A stretch of DNA of 64,000 nucleotides from Gammaproteobacteria bacterium (lineage in GTDB: Bacteria; Pseudomonadota; Gammaproteobacteria; Eutrophobiales; Eutrophobiaceae), in assembly GCA_016193395.1 (NCBI GenBank), contig JACPSH010000001.1, positions 15,895 to 79,894 on the forward strand. The letters run 5' to 3'. A program made the position numbers and the translations under genes. Of the stretch, positions 50,205 to 62,154 are shown piece by piece. Within the stretch, counting starts at the first letter, position 1, and every line of letters starts with the position of its first letter. Below the pieces are notes generated by a model. That model was not told the DNA's origin and searched no databases. It worked only from the letters and a program-made list of their open reading frames with translations.

Positions 50205-51803
50205 GTGCAACCAGACGTTTCGGTCTCCCACCGCGGCGCCACATCCGTAAACTTTTCCGAGGCGACGACCGACAGGATCTTTGCGCATCTCAAAGACACC
50301 ACAGCTCCTGGCGCCGCGGTTGGAATCGCCGTTGAAGGAAAGGTTGTATACAGGAAGGGATTTGGGCTCGCTAACATGGAAATGCCCCTAGTGCTCTCTC
50401 CAAACGTTCGCATGCGCATTGGGTCTATCTCAAAACACTTTACATCGCTTGCGTACTTGTTGTTGTGCGAACGTGGACAAGCAAGAGCTACAGAACCAAT
50501 CCAGCGCTATCTGCCTGAAGTACGCAGCAATGCGAACACGATTACTCCGCTTCATCTGATGGGTCATATTAGCGGACTCAGAGATATATTCGATGTCGTG
50601 TGGAACTTCTCGGGCACGGGCCGAGCTAGTTCGAGCGCTGATCTATTGCGTCTCTATCGTAGGATTGAGGACATCAATGCATCTCCAAGCATAGAGTGGC
50701 GATATAACAATGGTGCCTATCTACTCTTGACAACCCTAATCGAACGTACCACCGACCGGTCTCTAGAGGAGGTACTGAGAGAGTCACTTTGTGAACCACT
50801 CGGCTTGTACGACACGTTGCTACGGCGGTATGACAACGACTTTCTACCAAACTGTGCGACGCTTCACATGACCACACATTCCGGCGAGTTCTCCAAGTCA
50901 TATCTTGGGGTTGCACTCGCAGGTGAAGGAGGCTTGGTATCAACCGTGGACGACCTGCTTCGCTGGCTTAGACACATGAACTCGCCGACGGTCGGAAATG
51001 GAACGACATGGAAGCTTATGAAAACTCCACTTGTGTTGAAAAATGGCACGTCAACTGGCTATGGACTAGGCCTTATCACTGGCGAGTACCGCGGTGTGGA
51101 GACATTATCTCACGGCGGATCAGTTATGGGTGGCAACGCACATATGTTGAAGGTTCCTTGTGTTGACCTTGATATTGTAGTGATCGCCAATCGACATGAC
51201 ATTGTATCTGCGGACTTGGTCGAGCGCGTAATGGATGCGTGCATTGAGGGGTTAACGCCGCTCTGTGAAAGTGACTGTCCATTGTCAGAGGGAACTTTCC
51301 ACTCGCCAGCGACTGGCCGGCTTGTGCAGCTTTTCGGCAAGGGAGGAAAGCAATTCGCTTCAGTCGATGGATGGGACTTTCAGGTCGTTCGGAATAACAA
51401 CGGAGAGCTCATTCCCATCTCTAGACTGTCATTCCTCAAACTGACGATTAATCTAACAGGACCGGTTGAAAGACCCCATACTCTCCACCTAGTAGAGTTC
51501 GGTAATCGTGATGAGTTGCTTGCAGTCTCTTGCAACCCCGGAACGAAAGAACCAGATGAATTCGCTGGTTGCTACCGGTCCTCCGCTGTGGACGCAGAAC
51601 TCACGTTTCATGCAGACGGATTGAGGGCGTCTGGGCCGTTCGGCTCGGTTGACTATGACCTCGAGCATTTAGCAGAAAACATCTGGCGGGCCAAGTCAAG
51701 GACGCCTATGCCATGGGGAGGGATTCTCACGTTTGATTCAAGGAAGTCCAGTGTGCTGTTCTTCTCGCCTCGTACGCGAGCACTCCCCTTTCACCGTTTG
51801 TAA
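50205..51803 (+). CDS. S12-family serine hydrolase, D-aminopeptidase (DAP)-like
   Basis: The 532-aa protein has no signal peptide. It has the SxxK motif (RIGSISKHFT), HISGLRD, HGGSVMGG and a C-terminal beta-domain extension. Its length and domain order resemble the Ochrobactrum D-aminopeptidase. It has a GTG start. Confidence 0.65.
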   Translation: MQPDVSVSHRGATSVNFSEATTDRIFAHLKDTTAPGAAVGIAVEGKVVYRKGFGLANMEMPLVLSPNVRMRIGSISKHFTSLAYLLLCERGQARATEPIQRYLPEVRSNANTITPLHLMGHISGLRDIFDVVWNFSGTGRASSSADLLRLYRRIEDINASPSIEWRYNNGAYLLLTTLIERTTDRSLEEVLRESLCEPLGLYDTLLRRYDNDFLPNCATLHMTTHSGEFSKSYLGVALAGEGGLVSTVDDLLRWLRHMNSPTVGNGTTWKLMKTPLVLKNGTSTGYGLGLITGEYRGVETLSHGGSVMGGNAHMLKVPCVDLDIVVIANRHDIVSADLVERVMDACIEGLTPLCESDCPLSEGTFHSPATGRLVQLFGKGGKQFASVDGWDFQVVRNNNGELIPISRLSFLKLTINLTGPVERPHTLHLVEFGNRDELLAVSCNPGTKEPDEFAGCYRSSAVDAELTFHADGLRASGPFGSVDYDLEHLAENIWRAKSRTPMPWGGILTFDSRKSSVLFFSPRTRALPFHRL

Positions 51804-53137
51804 TGAGCCGAGAGGCGATATCTGTTCACGCGCGCTGGGCAGCGCGAGACGTGCAGTTCGCACTACTCATAGTCGCAGCAAGTGTCGCGCTGTACTCACG
51901 TACCGCAATTGGCCCGCTCCAAGAGGCCATTAGGATCGCTCTTACCCTTAGTGACAACCAGATGGCGATACTGCAAGGTTCTGCATTGTCTTTACCGACA
52001 CTAGTAACGGCAGTCCCTCTCGGCCTCGCCATCGATCGCTACTCGCGGGTGCGGCTGCTAGTTGTAATGGCCGCGCTTGATATTCTTGGCAGTGTTATGA
52101 CTTCCTTCGCGGACGACTTCACGATTCTAGTCGTCGGCCGATGCATAGTCGGATTTGCCGTCGGTGCAATTTGCACGGTCGTCTTTTCACTAGTGGCTGA
52201 TTTGTACATTCCGAGCCAACGAGGACGAGCGGGCATGGTTGTGGTAATCGGCCAGTTCGTTGGAATGTCCGCAGCATTCGGGATTGGGGGTTTTCTGCTT
52301 TCCACTCATGCGCCGGAATACTGGCGCGTGGCAATGCTGTGGTTAAGCGCACCGCTGATACCAGCATGTTTGTTAATGCTGATACTCAATGAGCCAGCTC
52401 GTGCGGAAGTAATCATAGAGCGACCATCGATTCGTCAAACATGTAGGCAGCTATGGGCGTATCGTGGAGTGATCGGCACGCTTGCTGCCGGCATTGTGAT
52501 GGTGGAGGTCGGCGTAGGTGCCGCACTGACGTGGTCCGCCCCTGCACTGCTGCGAAAGTTTGCGATGTCACCAGCCCAAGTGGGCTCGACGGTCGCAATG
52601 GGCCTGTTGATCAGTGGTGTTCTAGGCCCCGTGGTCGGAGGCATGGTCTCAGATATGTGCCAAAGAGCTGGCGGTCCTAGTGCAACACTCCGGGTGATGG
52701 CGGCCCTAGCACTGAGCGCAGCTTCGGTCGGCTGCTTCGCCATTGCATCAACCGTAGCATTGGCAAGCACGCTTCTCATCGTGTTCATGACAGTCGTGTC
52801 CGCGCTAGCAGTAATGGGGACGGTGATATTTACAATCCTTATGCCAAACGAGATCCGTGGTTTGTGCTTAGCGCTATTGTTCGGGATGTGCCTGTTGTTC
52901 GGCCTTGGCCTCGGTCCGTTAGCCGTTAGTGTAGTGTCGGGAGCTATCGGTGGTCCGGAGAACATCGGGAGGGCGTTGGCAATTGTTTGCGTGATGGCGG
53001 GGCTCCTTGGTGCGGCATTGTTTGCGACTGGCAGGCAAGCGGTTTCGGCGCAATCCAAGCGCATGTTGGGTGCTGGCTCCGCGGGGCGTAATGGTGATCT
53101 TGTTTCTCGCGGGGTATCGGTTCAAGGGTCGGTGTAA
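51803..53137 (+). CDS. MFS transporter
   Basis: The protein has 12 TM segments and the MFS motif (PLGLAIDRYSRVRLLVV). Its ATG overlaps the preceding stop (TAATG). Confidence 0.8.
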   Translation: MSREAISVHARWAARDVQFALLIVAASVALYSRTAIGPLQEAIRIALTLSDNQMAILQGSALSLPTLVTAVPLGLAIDRYSRVRLLVVMAALDILGSVMTSFADDFTILVVGRCIVGFAVGAICTVVFSLVADLYIPSQRGRAGMVVVIGQFVGMSAAFGIGGFLLSTHAPEYWRVAMLWLSAPLIPACLLMLILNEPARAEVIIERPSIRQTCRQLWAYRGVIGTLAAGIVMVEVGVGAALTWSAPALLRKFAMSPAQVGSTVAMGLLISGVLGPVVGGMVSDMCQRAGGPSATLRVMAALALSAASVGCFAIASTVALASTLLIVFMTVVSALAVMGTVIFTILMPNEIRGLCLALLFGMCLLFGLGLGPLAVSVVSGAIGGPENIGRALAIVCVMAGLLGAALFATGRQAVSAQSKRMLGAGSAGRNGDLVSRGVSVQGSV

Positions 53138-53241
53138 GGGATCTAGTTAGTTGAATTCTGTGCCGACCAAATCTTGTTCTCAGCGGGCTATCCGGTGAGC
53201 GTGAGATGTTGGGCGCGAGCAATTATCGGAGGATAAAGAGG

Positions 53242-54231
53242 TTGAAGAGATCGATACGACTTAGCTTGCACATCGAAACGTGGCCTGCGAATCGGCCGTT
53301 CCGTATCACAGGCAAGACTTGGCAAGCGTTCGAGGCTGTTGTAGTCGAAGTTGCTGACGGTTCCTATGTAGGGAGGGGAGAGGGACTGGGTGTTTACTAT
53401 TTCGGTGAGACCGCGACGAGCATAACCAAGCAGATCGAGGACGTAGCGGCAAATATCGAGGCGGGGATTAGCCGTGATGAGCTCCAAACCTTACTGCCGC
53501 CGGGCGGCGCGCGGAATGCTGTCGATTGTGCACTATGGGATCTGGAGAGCAAACGGCTCGGAGCGAGTATATGGCAACTCACGGGAGTGCATGCTCGACC
53601 GGTGACGACTGTTTACACTATCGGAATCGAGGAGAATTGTCAGCTTATGGCCGCACATGCAGCGGAGGCTGCGAAGTATCCAATTCTTAAGGTCAAACTT
53701 GACGGTCACGAGCCCCTTCAGCGCGTCCAAGCCATCCGTCGGGTCCGACCTGATGCACGCCTAATAGTTGACGCTAACCAAGCATGGACATTTACCCAGC
53801 TCACAGAGTTGTTGTCGCCATTGTTGGAAAGCGGGGTTGAGATGATCGAACAACCGTTGGCACTCGATGCAGATGACCAGCTCGAAGGATTCAAGGCAGC
53901 GATCCCGCTTGGTGCAGATGAGTCCTGTCAAGATCGACGGGACTTGAATCGGGTAGCGAAACGTTACCAGGTCATCAATATCAAATTGGATAAGACCGGT
54001 GGGTTGACCGAGGCGTTACTCTTGGCAGATGAGGCGCGGGCTCTTGGGCTGGACCTGATGGTCGGGAGTATGGGGGGCACATCGCTGAGCATGGCACCAA
54101 GCTTTGTCATCGCCCAGATGTGTCGGTTTTTCGACTTGGACGGTCCACTGTTGCTCAAGCACGATCGGTTGCCAGGCATGAAGTACGATGGAGTCAATGT
54201 CAGCCTCCCGGACCCAACGTTCTGGGGCTAA
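53242..54231 (+). CDS. enolase-superfamily dipeptide epimerase / N-succinyl-amino-acid racemase-like
   Basis: The gene has a TTG start with an AGGAGG Shine-Dalgarno sequence. The protein has the catalytic residues of the MR/MLE subgroup (KVKLDG, DANQAW, EQPL, GADES, KLDKTGG). Confidence 0.75.
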   Translation: MKRSIRLSLHIETWPANRPFRITGKTWQAFEAVVVEVADGSYVGRGEGLGVYYFGETATSITKQIEDVAANIEAGISRDELQTLLPPGGARNAVDCALWDLESKRLGASIWQLTGVHARPVTTVYTIGIEENCQLMAAHAAEAAKYPILKVKLDGHEPLQRVQAIRRVRPDARLIVDANQAWTFTQLTELLSPLLESGVEMIEQPLALDADDQLEGFKAAIPLGADESCQDRRDLNRVAKRYQVINIKLDKTGGLTEALLLADEARALGLDLMVGSMGGTSLSMAPSFVIAQMCRFFDLDGPLLLKHDRLPGMKYDGVNVSLPDPTFWG

Positions 54232-54266
54232 TCAGGCTGATCGACTCCTCGTCATGGGGCAAGGCT

Positions 54267-54863
54267 CTATGCGTAGGTTACGACGAGAAAAGCAATGCAC
54301 TCTCCGCGACCGATATTTTCGATGCAGTGAGGCACGTCTGCGCGATAGTGCGCCGAAAACCCCTTCTTAAGGATGCACTGCTCAGCATTTGAGGTGACAC
54401 GCACGGCACCGCATTGCACCGTTAGAAACTCCCGTGTCCCATTGAAGTGGGGAGCGCTTTTTAGCGCGGCACCACGCTTAAGCCGAAGTTCATAGATCTC
54501 GATATCCTTTTCCATGTGAAGTGGCGAAAGTGTGCGGATGTGGCAATTGCTATCTGATCGATACAGGTAGGCAGGATCATCGGCTGAAACTACCTCGATC
54601 TGAGACCTGCGGGAGGGTTCATCTACCAGTTCCCCCAATGAAAGGGAGAACGCTTGGGCAATGCGGGAGGCCACGGCAACGGTGGGATTGGCCTCTCCAC
54701 ACTCGATCTGGCTCAGCCTAGACCGGCTAACCCCACTTGCCGCTGCGAGTTGGTCCAGCGTCCAGCCACGTTCTTTGCGTTGCTGCTTGACCCGTGCACA
54801 AAGTCGCCGGGCGAACTCATCACCCTTAATGACTTCGGCAGACTTCCTTTCTCTACGCGGCAT
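54267..54863 (-). CDS. XRE-family HTH + cupin-domain transcriptional regulator
   Basis: I set the start at MPRRERKS. The HTH is [22 protein letters not shown] and the C-terminal cupin is …[17 protein letters not shown]. The protein is convergent with the cluster. Confidence 0.75.
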   Translation of the reverse strand: MPRRERKSAEVIKGDEFARRLCARVKQQRKERGWTLDQLAAASGVSRSRLSQIECGEANPTVAVASRIAQAFSLSLGELVDEPSRRSQIEVVSADDPAYLYRSDSNCHIRTLSPLHMEKDIEIYELRLKRGAALKSAPHFNGTREFLTVQCGAVRVTSNAEQCILKKGFSAHYRADVPHCIENIGRGECIAFLVVTYA

Positions 54864-55005
54864 CCGGACTCTCGGGGGATAGCAGTCCAGTATATAGGAA
54901 AGTTGTCTTGTATATCGCCGGGCGCCGAGCGTACAATCTGTCAAACTTATATCCACGATACAGGAACTCACCCAACCCAACCAAACGTTGGGAGGAACCC
55001 CCCTT

Positions 55006-56029
55006 GAAAGCGCTCGTCAAGCGTCGTGCGGAGCCTGGGCTATATCTGGAGGACGTCCCGGAACCCACAACGGGACCAAATGACGTGCTGATCCGCGTCA
55101 AGCGCGCCGCCATCTGCGGGACCGACCTGCACATCTATAACTGGGACGCCTGGGCGCAGGAGACCATTCCCGTGCCCATGGTGGTGGGCCACGAGTTCGC
55201 CGGTGAGATCGTTGAGGTCGGCGAGAACGTCAACGACTACCGGCCCGGGATGATCGTGTCCGGCGAGGGGCACATCGTCTGCGGGCGCTGCCGCAACTGT
55301 ATGGCGGGCCGTCGCCACTTGTGCCCGCACACCAGCGGCATCGGCGTCAACCGCGCCGGCGCCTTTGCCGAATTCATCGCCATCCCCAATGCCAACGTCT
55401 GGCAGCACAGCAACGGCATTGATCTGGACATCGCCGCCATTTTCGATCCCTTCGGCAATGCCGCGCACACGGCCCTGCAATGGGATCTGCTGGGAGAGGA
55501 CGTCCTCATTACCGGCGCAGGTCCCATCGGCATCATGGCCTGCTCCATTGCGCGGCATGCGGGTGCGCGGCACGTGGTGATTACCGATGTCAATGATTAC
55601 CGGCTGGAACTGGCCCGGAAACTCGGCGCAACGCGCACCGTGAACGTGCAGCGGGAGAAACTGGCCGACATTCAGAAGGAGCTGGGCATGCTGGAAGGCT
55701 TCGACGTGGGCCTCGAGATGTCCGGCAACGAGCAGGCATTCCGCGACATGGTGAACAATATGTGCCATGGCGGCAAAATATCCATGCTCGGCATTCCCGA
55801 GAAGACCATGGCCATCGACTGGCGCAAGGTGGTATTCAACATGCTCACCATCAAGGGTATCTACGGCCGCGAGATTTACGAGACCTGGTACAAAATGTCA
55901 GTGATGGTGCGCTCGGGCCTGGACCTCTCGCCGGTCATCACGCACCGCTTCCACTATACGGAGTTCCAGCAGGGCTTCGACGCCGTGCTGTCCGGTCAGT
56001 CTGGCAAGGTCGTGCTGAATTGGGAGTGA
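55006..56029 (+). CDS. tdh: L-threonine 3-dehydrogenase
   Basis: The gene has a TTG start with a GGGAGGAA Shine-Dalgarno sequence. The 341-aa protein can be aligned end-to-end with E. coli Tdh ([12 protein letters not shown]…GHEFAGE…GAGPIGIMA…GKVVLNWE). Confidence 0.9.
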
Positions 56030-56047
56030 CTGGCACACCTCCTTTTC

Positions 56048-57235
<1,188 letters not shown>

Positions 57236-57257
57236 ATAAGGTATCAGGTTTATTTCG

Positions 57258-57350
57258 GTCATTCCGGCGAAGGCCGGAATCCAGTAGAAATTATCCACTG
57301 GACCCCGGCTTTCGCCGGGGTGACGGCTTCTTTCGCCGGGGTGACGGCTT
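57258..57350. repeat. GTCATTCCGG…CCGGAATCCAG hairpin plus 2x21-bp tandem repeat
   Basis: The hairpin GTCATTCCGGCGAAGGCCGGAATCCAG shares motifs with 31434-31480. CCCCGGCTTTCGCCGGGG forms a hairpin. CTTTCGCCGGGGTGACGGCTT is repeated twice (57309-57329, 57330-57350). Confidence 0.6.
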
Positions 57351-57380
57351 AAGTAAGTGCCATTGGCGAGTTTGTAATCC

Positions 57381-58532
57381 ATGTCTATAGCGCCAACGCT
57401 TGAAGCGGATCGACCGAAGCGGACCGCGCTGTATCCACTTCTTGAGTCTGCGGGCGCGAAGTTCGTCAGTTTTGCGGGCTACTGGATGCCGCTGCAGTTC
57501 CCGCAGGGGATCCGGCACGAACACCTGCACACACGCAGTCGGGCCGGTCTATTCGATATTTCCCACATGGGGCAGATCCTGATCACCGGAGCCGATCCGG
57601 CCACGAGCCTGGAAGCATTGGTCCCGGGCGACATTTGCGGTCTGTCGGGATACCAGCAGCGCTACACCCAGTTCACCAACGATCGCGGCGGCATCAGGGA
57701 CGATATCATGGTCACGCGGCTGCCGGAGGGATTGTGGCTGGTTGTGAATGCCGCGACGAAGGCAGCCGATCTGACGTACCTGGATGGGAACCTGGAAGGC
57801 CAGTGCGCCGTCAGCGCGCAGCAGCGCGCCCTGCTTGCATTGCAGGGTCCGGAAGCAGCCAGGGTGATGGAGAGTCTTTGCCCGGGTGCGGAACGGATCC
57901 CGTTTTTGCATTGCACCCGGTTGCTGCTTGCCGGCGCGCCGGTGCTGGTGCACCGCTGCGGATATACGGGCGAGGATGGCTTTGAGATCTCAATGGAGGA
58001 AGAGAATGCGGAATCCTGCGCCCGGGCGCTGCTGCAAATGCCGGGTGTCGAACTCGTCGGACTGGGCGCCAGGGACACGCTGCGGCTCGAGGCCGGCATG
58101 TGCTTGTATGGACAGGATCTGGACGAATCCACCACGCCCGTGGAGGCACGGTTGGGCTGGACGATTGCCCGCAGGTTCAGGCAGGAGCCCTCAGCCGCTC
58201 GCTTTCCGGGCGCATCCATCGTGTTGAAGCAATTGCTTGAAGGCACGGTGCGTCTGCGCGTGGGATTACTTCCGGATGGCCGGACTCCGGCCCGGGCAGG
58301 CACGCAACTGTTCGATGCGGATGAATCCACCGGCGGGCAGGTGACCAGCGGTGGATTCAGTCCGACCCTGGACCGGCCTTGCGCCATGGGATACGTTGCG
58401 ACGCGCTTCTCAAAGCCCGGCACGCGGCTGCTGGCGAAAGTGCGCGATCGGCTGCATGAAGTCGAAGTATCACCGCTGCCATTCGTTCCCCACCGTTATT
58501 TCACTCCAGCCTCGACGAAGGAAACCCTATGA
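57381..58532 (+). CDS. gcvT: glycine cleavage system aminomethyltransferase T
   Basis: The protein shows GcvT family signatures (…FAGYWMPLQF…LFDISHMGQI…CGYTGEDGFEIS…). Confidence 0.9.
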   Translation: MSIAPTLEADRPKRTALYPLLESAGAKFVSFAGYWMPLQFPQGIRHEHLHTRSRAGLFDISHMGQILITGADPATSLEALVPGDICGLSGYQQRYTQFTNDRGGIRDDIMVTRLPEGLWLVVNAATKAADLTYLDGNLEGQCAVSAQQRALLALQGPEAARVMESLCPGAERIPFLHCTRLLLAGAPVLVHRCGYTGEDGFEISMEEENAESCARALLQMPGVELVGLGARDTLRLEAGMCLYGQDLDESTTPVEARLGWTIARRFRQEPSAARFPGASIVLKQLLEGTVRLRVGLLPDGRTPARAGTQLFDADESTGGQVTSGGFSPTLDRPCAMGYVATRFSKPGTRLLAKVRDRLHEVEVSPLPFVPHRYFTPASTKETL

Positions 58533-58906
58533 GTCAATTCAGGTACAGCAAGGATCACGAGTGGTTGCGCGAGGAGACCGCGGGAATTGCAACCGTGGGG
58601 ATCACCGAGTACGCGGCGCAACAACTGGGCGATGTCGTCTTTATCGAGCTGCCTGAGATCGGGAAAACGGTGTCCGGCGGCGACGTCCTCGCCGTCATCG
58701 AGTCGGTCAAGGCCGCCGTGGAAGTCTACGCGCCGGTGAGTGGAGAGGTCGTGGCAATCAATGACCGGCTGGTCGACGAACCGGAACTGGCAAACAAGGA
58801 TCCCCGCAGTCAGGGGTGGTTTCTAAAGCTGCGGATCGCGAATCCCACGGAACTGAATGGTCTCATGGACGATGACGCCTACGCGAAATACATCGCCGGC
58901 TTGTAG
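58529..58906 (+). CDS. gcvH: glycine cleavage system protein H
   Basis: The protein has the lipoyl-lysine motif ([17 protein letters not shown]). Confidence 0.9.
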   Translation: MSQFRYSKDHEWLREETAGIATVGITEYAAQQLGDVVFIELPEIGKTVSGGDVLAVIESVKAAVEVYAPVSGEVVAINDRLVDEPELANKDPRSQGWFLKLRIANPTELNGLMDDDAYAKYIAGL

Positions 58907-58937
58907 ACGAACTGCCAACGAACGGGAAGTACCACAC

Positions 58938-61850
58938 ATGAATGAGCGGGCAATTGCACTGGACGACCTCGAAATGCGCGGCGACTTCATTCGCCGGCAC
59001 ATCGGTCCTGATCGGCAGCAGATTGCGGAAATGGTGGGTTTTCTGGGGCTGGAATCCCTCGACGGGATCGTGGAGGCGGCGGTACCGGAAAGCATCATGC
59101 TGCAGAAACCACTGGCGCTGACGGACGCAAGCAGCGAACGCGAGGTCATTACACACTTGCGGGAGATGCGCGAACGCAACCGCATTTTCATTTCCATGAT
59201 CGGCATGGGCTACTACGGCACGATCATGCCGGCCGTCATCAAGCGCAACGTACTGGAGAACCCGGGCTGGTACACGGCGTATACGCCTTACCAGGCGGAA
59301 ATCAGCCAGGGGCGCCTCGAGGCGCTGTTGAATTTCCAGCAATTGATCACCGACCTCACGGGCATGGAAATCTCCAACGCCTCCATGCTCGATGAGGCGA
59401 CCGCCGCGGCGGAAGCGATGGCCATGTGCAGACGGGCTTCAAAATCAACCAGCTATCGCTTCCTGGTCGATTCGGGATGCCATCCGCAGACGCTCGCGGT
59501 CGTGAGAACGCGCGCCCGGTATTTCGGTTTCGAAATCATCGTCGGCGATCCGGCCGGGGACTTGGCGGCGCAAGAGGTGTTCGGCGTCCTGTTCCAGTAC
59601 CCGGACACCAATGGCCGGGTGCGGGACCTCAGTCCGGCCATCGCGGCGGCGCATCGGCAGGGCGCGTTGGCCGTCGTGGCGGCCGACCTGTTGGCCCTGG
59701 TATTGCTGAAGTCGCCGGGCGCGATGGGCGCGGACATCGTCGTCGGCAGCGCGCAGCGTTTCGGAGTGCCGATGGGTTACGGCGGTCCTCATGCCGCGTT
59801 TTTCGCAACGCGTGAACGGTATGTCCGGCAGATGCCGGGACGCATCATCGGTGTGTCCAGGGACAGCAATGGCGATGTCGCGCTGCGCATGGCCCTCCAG
59901 ACCCGCGAACAGCATATCCGCAGGGAAAAGGCCACCAGCAACATCTGCACGTCCCAGGCCCTGCTCGCCATCATCTCGGGATTCTATGCCATCTACCATG
60001 GTCCCAGAGAACTGAAGACCATCGCCCTGCGAACGCATCGGCTGATGCAGATTTTCGTGCTGGCGTTGCGGGACCTGGGGTACGAAGTCGTGACGGAAGC
60101 GTTCTTCGATACCATCAAGGTGCGCGTGCCGAATCGCGCGCGGCGACTCGCCGCCAAGGCCCGCGGCGCGCGGATCAACCTGCGGGTCCACGATGCCGAT
60201 CACTTAGGGATCAGTTTTGATGAGACGACGCGCCGGAAGGAACTGTATGCCTTGTGGCGGGTATTCGCGCCGCAGGGCACAGGATCATTTGATCTCCCGG
60301 CCGTGGATCGAAAGGTCACGGAATGTATCCCCGAATCCCTGCTGCGCAGCGACCAGATCCTGACGCACCCGGTGTTTTCGATGTACCACTCGGAAACGGA
60401 AATGATGCGTTACATGCGTTGGCTGGCGCGACGGGACATTGCCCTGGACAGGGCAATGATTCCACTTGGCTCATGCACGATGAAGCTGAATGCGGCAACC
60501 GAGCTTGCGGCCCTGTCCTACCGTGAGTTCAACGCCATGCATCCCTTTGCTCCGCTGGAGCAGGCCCAGGGTTACCAGCAGATGTTCGAAGAGCTGGAGG
60601 ACATGTTGTGCGACCTGACCGGGTTTCATGCCTTCTCCTTGCAGCCGAATGCCGGCTCCCAGGGTGAATACGCGGGTCTGCTGGTGATCAGGAAGTATCA
60701 CGAAGTGCGGGGCCAGTCACAGCGCGATGTCTGTCTAATCCCGGCCTCTGCCCATGGGACCAATCCCGCCAGCGCGACAATGGCCGGTCTGAAGATCGCC
60801 GTCGTCGCCTGCGACAAGTCCGGGAACGTGGACGTGGACGACTTGCTCGCCAAGGCGAAGCAGCATGCGAACCGGCTGGCGGCGTTGATGATTACCTATC
60901 CCTCCACGCACGGCGTGTACGAGGAGTCGATCCGCCGACTCTGCGACGTCGTCCATGAGCACGGAGGACAGGTTTACTTGGACGGGGCCAATATGAATGC
61001 CCTGGTGGGGATCTGCAGGCCGGCGGAGATCGGGGCCGACGTCATGCACATCAATTTGCACAAGACCTTCGGAATTCCGCACGGCGGGGGCGGTCCCGGA
61101 ATGGGACCCATCGGAGTGAAGGTGCATCTCGCGCCTTTTCTTCCCGATCATCCGTGCGTGGACGGGGTCAACCCGGCGGCCGGGCCGGAGGGAACCATCG
61201 GCACGGTGTCCGCGGCTCCCTGGGGTTCGGCCAGCATCCTGGCGATCTCCTGGGCGTACATTGCAATGATGGGCGCCCATGGCCTGCGCCGGGCGACGCT
61301 CGTGGCCCTGCTCAACGCCAATTACATCGCGCAACGGCTCCGGACTTGCTATCCAGTCCTGTATACGGGCAAGAATGGAATGGTCGCGCATGAATGCATC
61401 ATCGATCTGCGTCCCATCAAGGAAAAGACCGGCATCACGGTGGATGATGTCGCAAAGCGGCTAATCGACTACGGTTTCCATGCTCCGACCATGTCCTTTC
61501 CGGTACCGGACACTCTGATGATCGAACCCACCGAGAGTGAGAACAAGCGCGAGCTGGATCGGTTTTGCGAGGCCATGATTTCGATCCGGAAGGAAATCGG
61601 GGAGATCGAGCAGGGCCTGGCGGACCGCGAAAACAACCTGCTCAAGAACGCGCCGCACACCCAGCAACTCTTGTTGGCGGAATCCTGGGATTATCCCTAT
61701 TCGAAGCAGCGGGCTTTTTCGCCATCGCCGGTCCTGCGCGAGGATAAGTACTGGCCACCGGTCGGCAGGGTGGACAACGTCTACGGCGACCGGAACCTGT
61801 TCTGCAATTGCGTGCCTGCCGAGGATTACGCGTACGCATTAATTCCATAG
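58938..61850 (+). CDS. gcvP: glycine dehydrogenase (decarboxylating), P protein
   Basis: The 970-aa protein has a PLP-lysine region ([22 protein letters not shown]). I set the start at MNERAIAL. Confidence 0.9.
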   Translation: MNERAIALDDLEMRGDFIRRHIGPDRQQIAEMVGFLGLESLDGIVEAAVPESIMLQKPLALTDASSEREVITHLREMRERNRIFISMIGMGYYGTIMPAVIKRNVLENPGWYTAYTPYQAEISQGRLEALLNFQQLITDLTGMEISNASMLDEATAAAEAMAMCRRASKSTSYRFLVDSGCHPQTLAVVRTRARYFGFEIIVGDPAGDLAAQEVFGVLFQYPDTNGRVRDLSPAIAAAHRQGALAVVAADLLALVLLKSPGAMGADIVVGSAQRFGVPMGYGGPHAAFFATRERYVRQMPGRIIGVSRDSNGDVALRMALQTREQHIRREKATSNICTSQALLAIISGFYAIYHGPRELKTIALRTHRLMQIFVLALRDLGYEVVTEAFFDTIKVRVPNRARRLAAKARGARINLRVHDADHLGISFDETTRRKELYALWRVFAPQGTGSFDLPAVDRKVTECIPESLLRSDQILTHPVFSMYHSETEMMRYMRWLARRDIALDRAMIPLGSCTMKLNAATELAALSYREFNAMHPFAPLEQAQGYQQMFEELEDMLCDLTGFHAFSLQPNAGSQGEYAGLLVIRKYHEVRGQSQRDVCLIPASAHGTNPASATMAGLKIAVVACDKSGNVDVDDLLAKAKQHANRLAALMITYPSTHGVYEESIRRLCDVVHEHGGQVYLDGANMNALVGICRPAEIGADVMHINLHKTFGIPHGGGGPGMGPIGVKVHLAPFLPDHPCVDGVNPAAGPEGTIGTVSAAPWGSASILAISWAYIAMMGAHGLRRATLVALLNANYIAQRLRTCYPVLYTGKNGMVAHECIIDLRPIKEKTGITVDDVAKRLIDYGFHAPTMSFPVPDTLMIEPTESENKRELDRFCEAMISIRKEIGEIEQGLADRENNLLKNAPHTQQLLLAESWDYPYSKQRAFSPSPVLREDKYWPPVGRVDNVYGDRNLFCNCVPAEDYAYALIP

Positions 61851-61932
61851 AAACCCTTGTGCCGCGCAGGCCAGGATGGCGTTGACTGTGGTGATACACC
61901 AGTGTTACTCTCAATCGTTGCAGGGAGGTCAT

Positions 61933-62154
61933 ATGCCCACATCCAAGAAACGAATCAATATTACGGTGAACGACGACGTGTACGAAGCTTTGGAGCGCCT
62001 TTCGAAAAAACGCGATGAACCTGTCGCCGGCGTCGGGTTGGATCTGATTGAGGAGGCGCTGGAGTACCAGGAAGATCTTTACTTTTCACGGGTTGCGGAT
62101 GAACGACTCAGCAGGAAGGAAAAACGAATTGCACATGCGAAGGCCTGGGGTTGA
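61933..62154 (+). CDS. RHH/RelB-DinJ-like antitoxin
   Basis: The 73-aa protein begins MPTSKKRINITVNDDVYEALERL, which is a ribbon-helix-helix N-terminus. The gene has a GGGAGG Shine-Dalgarno sequence and overlaps the toxin start. Confidence 0.65.
   Translation: MPTSKKRINITVNDDVYEALERLSKKRDEPVAGVGLDLIEEALEYQEDLYFSRVADERLSRKEKRIAHAKAWG

Noticed and set aside
57236-57380. Glycine riboswitch upstream of gcvT
   Set aside because: I looked for the conserved GGAGAG / CUCUGGAGAG / ACCGAAGGGGCAA cores and found none. The leader instead consists of palindromic repeat elements.
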